48,751 bases of DNA from Methanobacteriota archaeon (GTDB lineage: Archaea; Halobacteriota; Syntropharchaeia; Alkanophagales; Methanospirareceae): NCBI GenBank assembly GCA_034660015.1, contig JAYEII010000013.1, positions 1 to 48,751 on the forward strand, read 5' to 3'. Positions 47,089-48,751 of this stretch are shown piece by piece (the first letter of the stretch is position 1; the number at the start of each line of letters is the position of its first letter). The position numbers and the translations under genes are program-made. The notes under the pieces were generated by a model. That model saw nothing but the letters and a program-made list of their open reading frames with translations, had not been told where the DNA came from and did no database searches.

Positions 47089-48440
47089 GCAAATTTTTGT
47101 TGAAACTCTAACAGCCACTTCCATAACGGTATAAACTTTATCCTTTTGCCCTTAAACTCTTCCTCTGCTTCGTAATCCCACGTTATTACCAACAAATCTT
47201 CGCTTTTCAATTCCTTTGATGCCTTTATCAACGATTTCAGTTCCCGTTCTCTCGTATCAATATCCTCAATGTCGTAGCAAACTTGGATCAACTCTTTCAG
47301 TTTCAAGCCTTCCTTAAGTACGAAATCCACTTCTTTCCCTTCCGGACTCTTGTAATAATATATTTCCGTAGAAGGTGCGAAGCACGATTTCCTTCTCAGT
47401 AGCTCTATCGCAACCATATTCTCCATAAGTCTGCCCATGTTCTCAGAAAAACCCATTGTATTCGTTAATGTTAATAGTCCTGTATCTGTGATGTAAACTT
47501 TGGGGATAGAATTTAGCTGAACGCCTTTTACGGAATATGAAAACTTGTATATCGGATAAACGAAGAGTGCATCCTGAAAATAAGCGAAATAATTATACAG
47601 TGTCTTTTTGCTCACATTTATATTCTGCGACTTCAAGGTATTGTAAAACCTGTGAATGGAAAATTCTTTTGCAAAAGTGCTCAGTAAAAACTTCATCATC
47701 ACCTTCACTATGTGCAGATTCTTTACCCCGTATCTCTCAATTATATCCCTGTAAACTACGAGGTCCAGATATTCGATGAAAAACCTTTTCCTGAAACCCT
47801 CGTCTTTGTTGAGTACAACCTGTGGTAGTCCTCCATATCGAATGTATTCGCGCATGAAGTGCTTTATCATGCTCTCTTCCGAGGAACTGCGGTATTGCCC
47901 TTTCCCTTTCCCACGAATCTTCGCAAATTCAAATCCTTCCGCTTTCAAATACTCGCGGAACGAGAAGGGAAAAAGAGTGTAGCTTATGGTTCTCCCTCGC
48001 AGCGCAGTGGCTATTTCTTTTGACAGGAGTCGGGAAGAAGAGCCGGTTATGAAGATATAAAAACGCTTGAGCTCATACAAGCTTCTTATTGGCTTCTCCC
48101 AGTTCTCTACGTTTTGTATCTCGTCAAAAAATAGGTATTCAGGTTCGTTTCCAAAGAGTTCTCTATGCACGTTCACAATCTCTTTTATTTCCTTGAATGT
48201 TATACCAGCCAGTTCCGGATATTCGAAGTCGAGGTAAAGGATACGATTTTTATCTTTTTCGTTGATGTTAACGTCGCTCATTAATTGATAGAAATAGTAA
48301 GTCTTGCCCGCTCTTCTCGACCCGATGATACTCACAACAGCATCCTTAGTGATGCGGATTTTCAATTCCCTGGGAATAAGCTCCGGTAGTTTCCTTTCAT
48401 GGAAGTCCAGGATATATCTTGCTATTACTTCTCTTTCCAT
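47076..48440 (-). CDS. AAA+ ATPase (AAA_14/COG1373) with DUF4143 nuclease-like tail
   Basis: GSRRAGKT, FFDEIQ, ITGSSS, LRGR, GGLP, KVYITDTG, MEN.V, EVDFV..IQV. Confidence 0.9.
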   Translation of the reverse strand: MEREVIARYILDFHERKLPELIPRELKIRITKDAVVSIIGSRRAGKTYYFYQLMSDVNINEKDKNRILYLDFEYPELAGITFKEIKEIVNVHRELFGNEPEYLFFDEIQNVENWEKPIRSLYELKRFYIFITGSSSRLLSKEIATALRGRTISYTLFPFSFREYLKAEGFEFAKIRGKGKGQYRSSSEESMIKHFMREYIRYGGLPQVVLNKDEGFRKRFFIEYLDLVVYRDIIERYGVKNLHIVKVMMKFLLSTFAKEFSIHRFYNTLKSQNINVSKKTLYNYFAYFQDALFVYPIYKFSYSVKGVQLNSIPKVYITDTGLLTLTNTMGFSENMGRLMENMVAIELLRRKSCFAPSTEIYYYKSPEGKEVDFVLKEGLKLKELIQVCYDIEDIDTRERELKSLIKASKELKSEDLLVITWDYEAEEEFKGKRIKFIPLWKWLLEFQQKFAQSS

Positions 48441-48538
48441 AGTTATTATCATTTAATTTAAGGGGTAAATAATATAAATATATTTACCCTTTAACTTTCT
48501 TTTCCTGCAATAATGCACGGAGCGAAAATAGATACGAG

Positions 48539-48672
48539 AAAATAAATTATAGACACAGATTAACGCAGATAGATGATAAAAATCAACAATGTTAAACGTA
48601 AATTTAGAAAGTCCGTGTAAATCGGTGTAAATCTGTGTCTTGAATAGAACTTAGGAGGTTATACTTTATATA
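48539..48672 (+). repeat. Repeat family A copy
   Basis: AAATAAATTATAGACACAGATTAACGCAGAT...GTCCGTGTAAATCGGTGTAAATCTGTGTC...GGAGGTTATACTTTATATA. Confidence 0.85.
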
Positions 48673-48751
48673 CCATTAAAAAGGTCAAAAGACGGCGGTA
48701 ATTATTCACACCCGGGAGTATCAGGGTTATTCGCACCTTTTAAATTTAAAA

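Overview
An archaeal chromosomal window, inferred to be from a methane/alkane-cycling Halobacteriota lineage and most consistent with ANME-1/Methanophagales. The inference rests on metVF next to mptA, mfnE, TFB, a PGF-CTERM surface glycoprotein and cohesin/dockerin proteins. Contents in order: two oppositely oriented MacB/FtsX-type ABC exporter operons with COG1361 proteins; pfkB-like kinase, proA, mfnE, tfb, htpX and cmk; an operon encoding a probable Re-citrate synthase, aconitase, ATP-citrate lyase (aclBA) and icd; an AT-rich orphan ORF followed by an attC-like site; metF/metV, mptA, tRNA-Met(CAT) and larC; a palindrome-punctuated array of paralogous small membrane proteins upstream of a PGF-CTERM S-layer-like gene; a toxin-antitoxin islet bounded by a duplicated S-layer 3' end; argH, a TRAM protein, a cohesin-dockerin gene pair, an acylphosphatase-coiled-coil fusion and an AAA ATPase. 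Intergenic DNA is heavily colonised by at least five families of short palindromic elements that nest in one another, supply stop codons and possibly promoters, and mark gene breakpoints. All protein calls are from motif recognition only; no searches were run.
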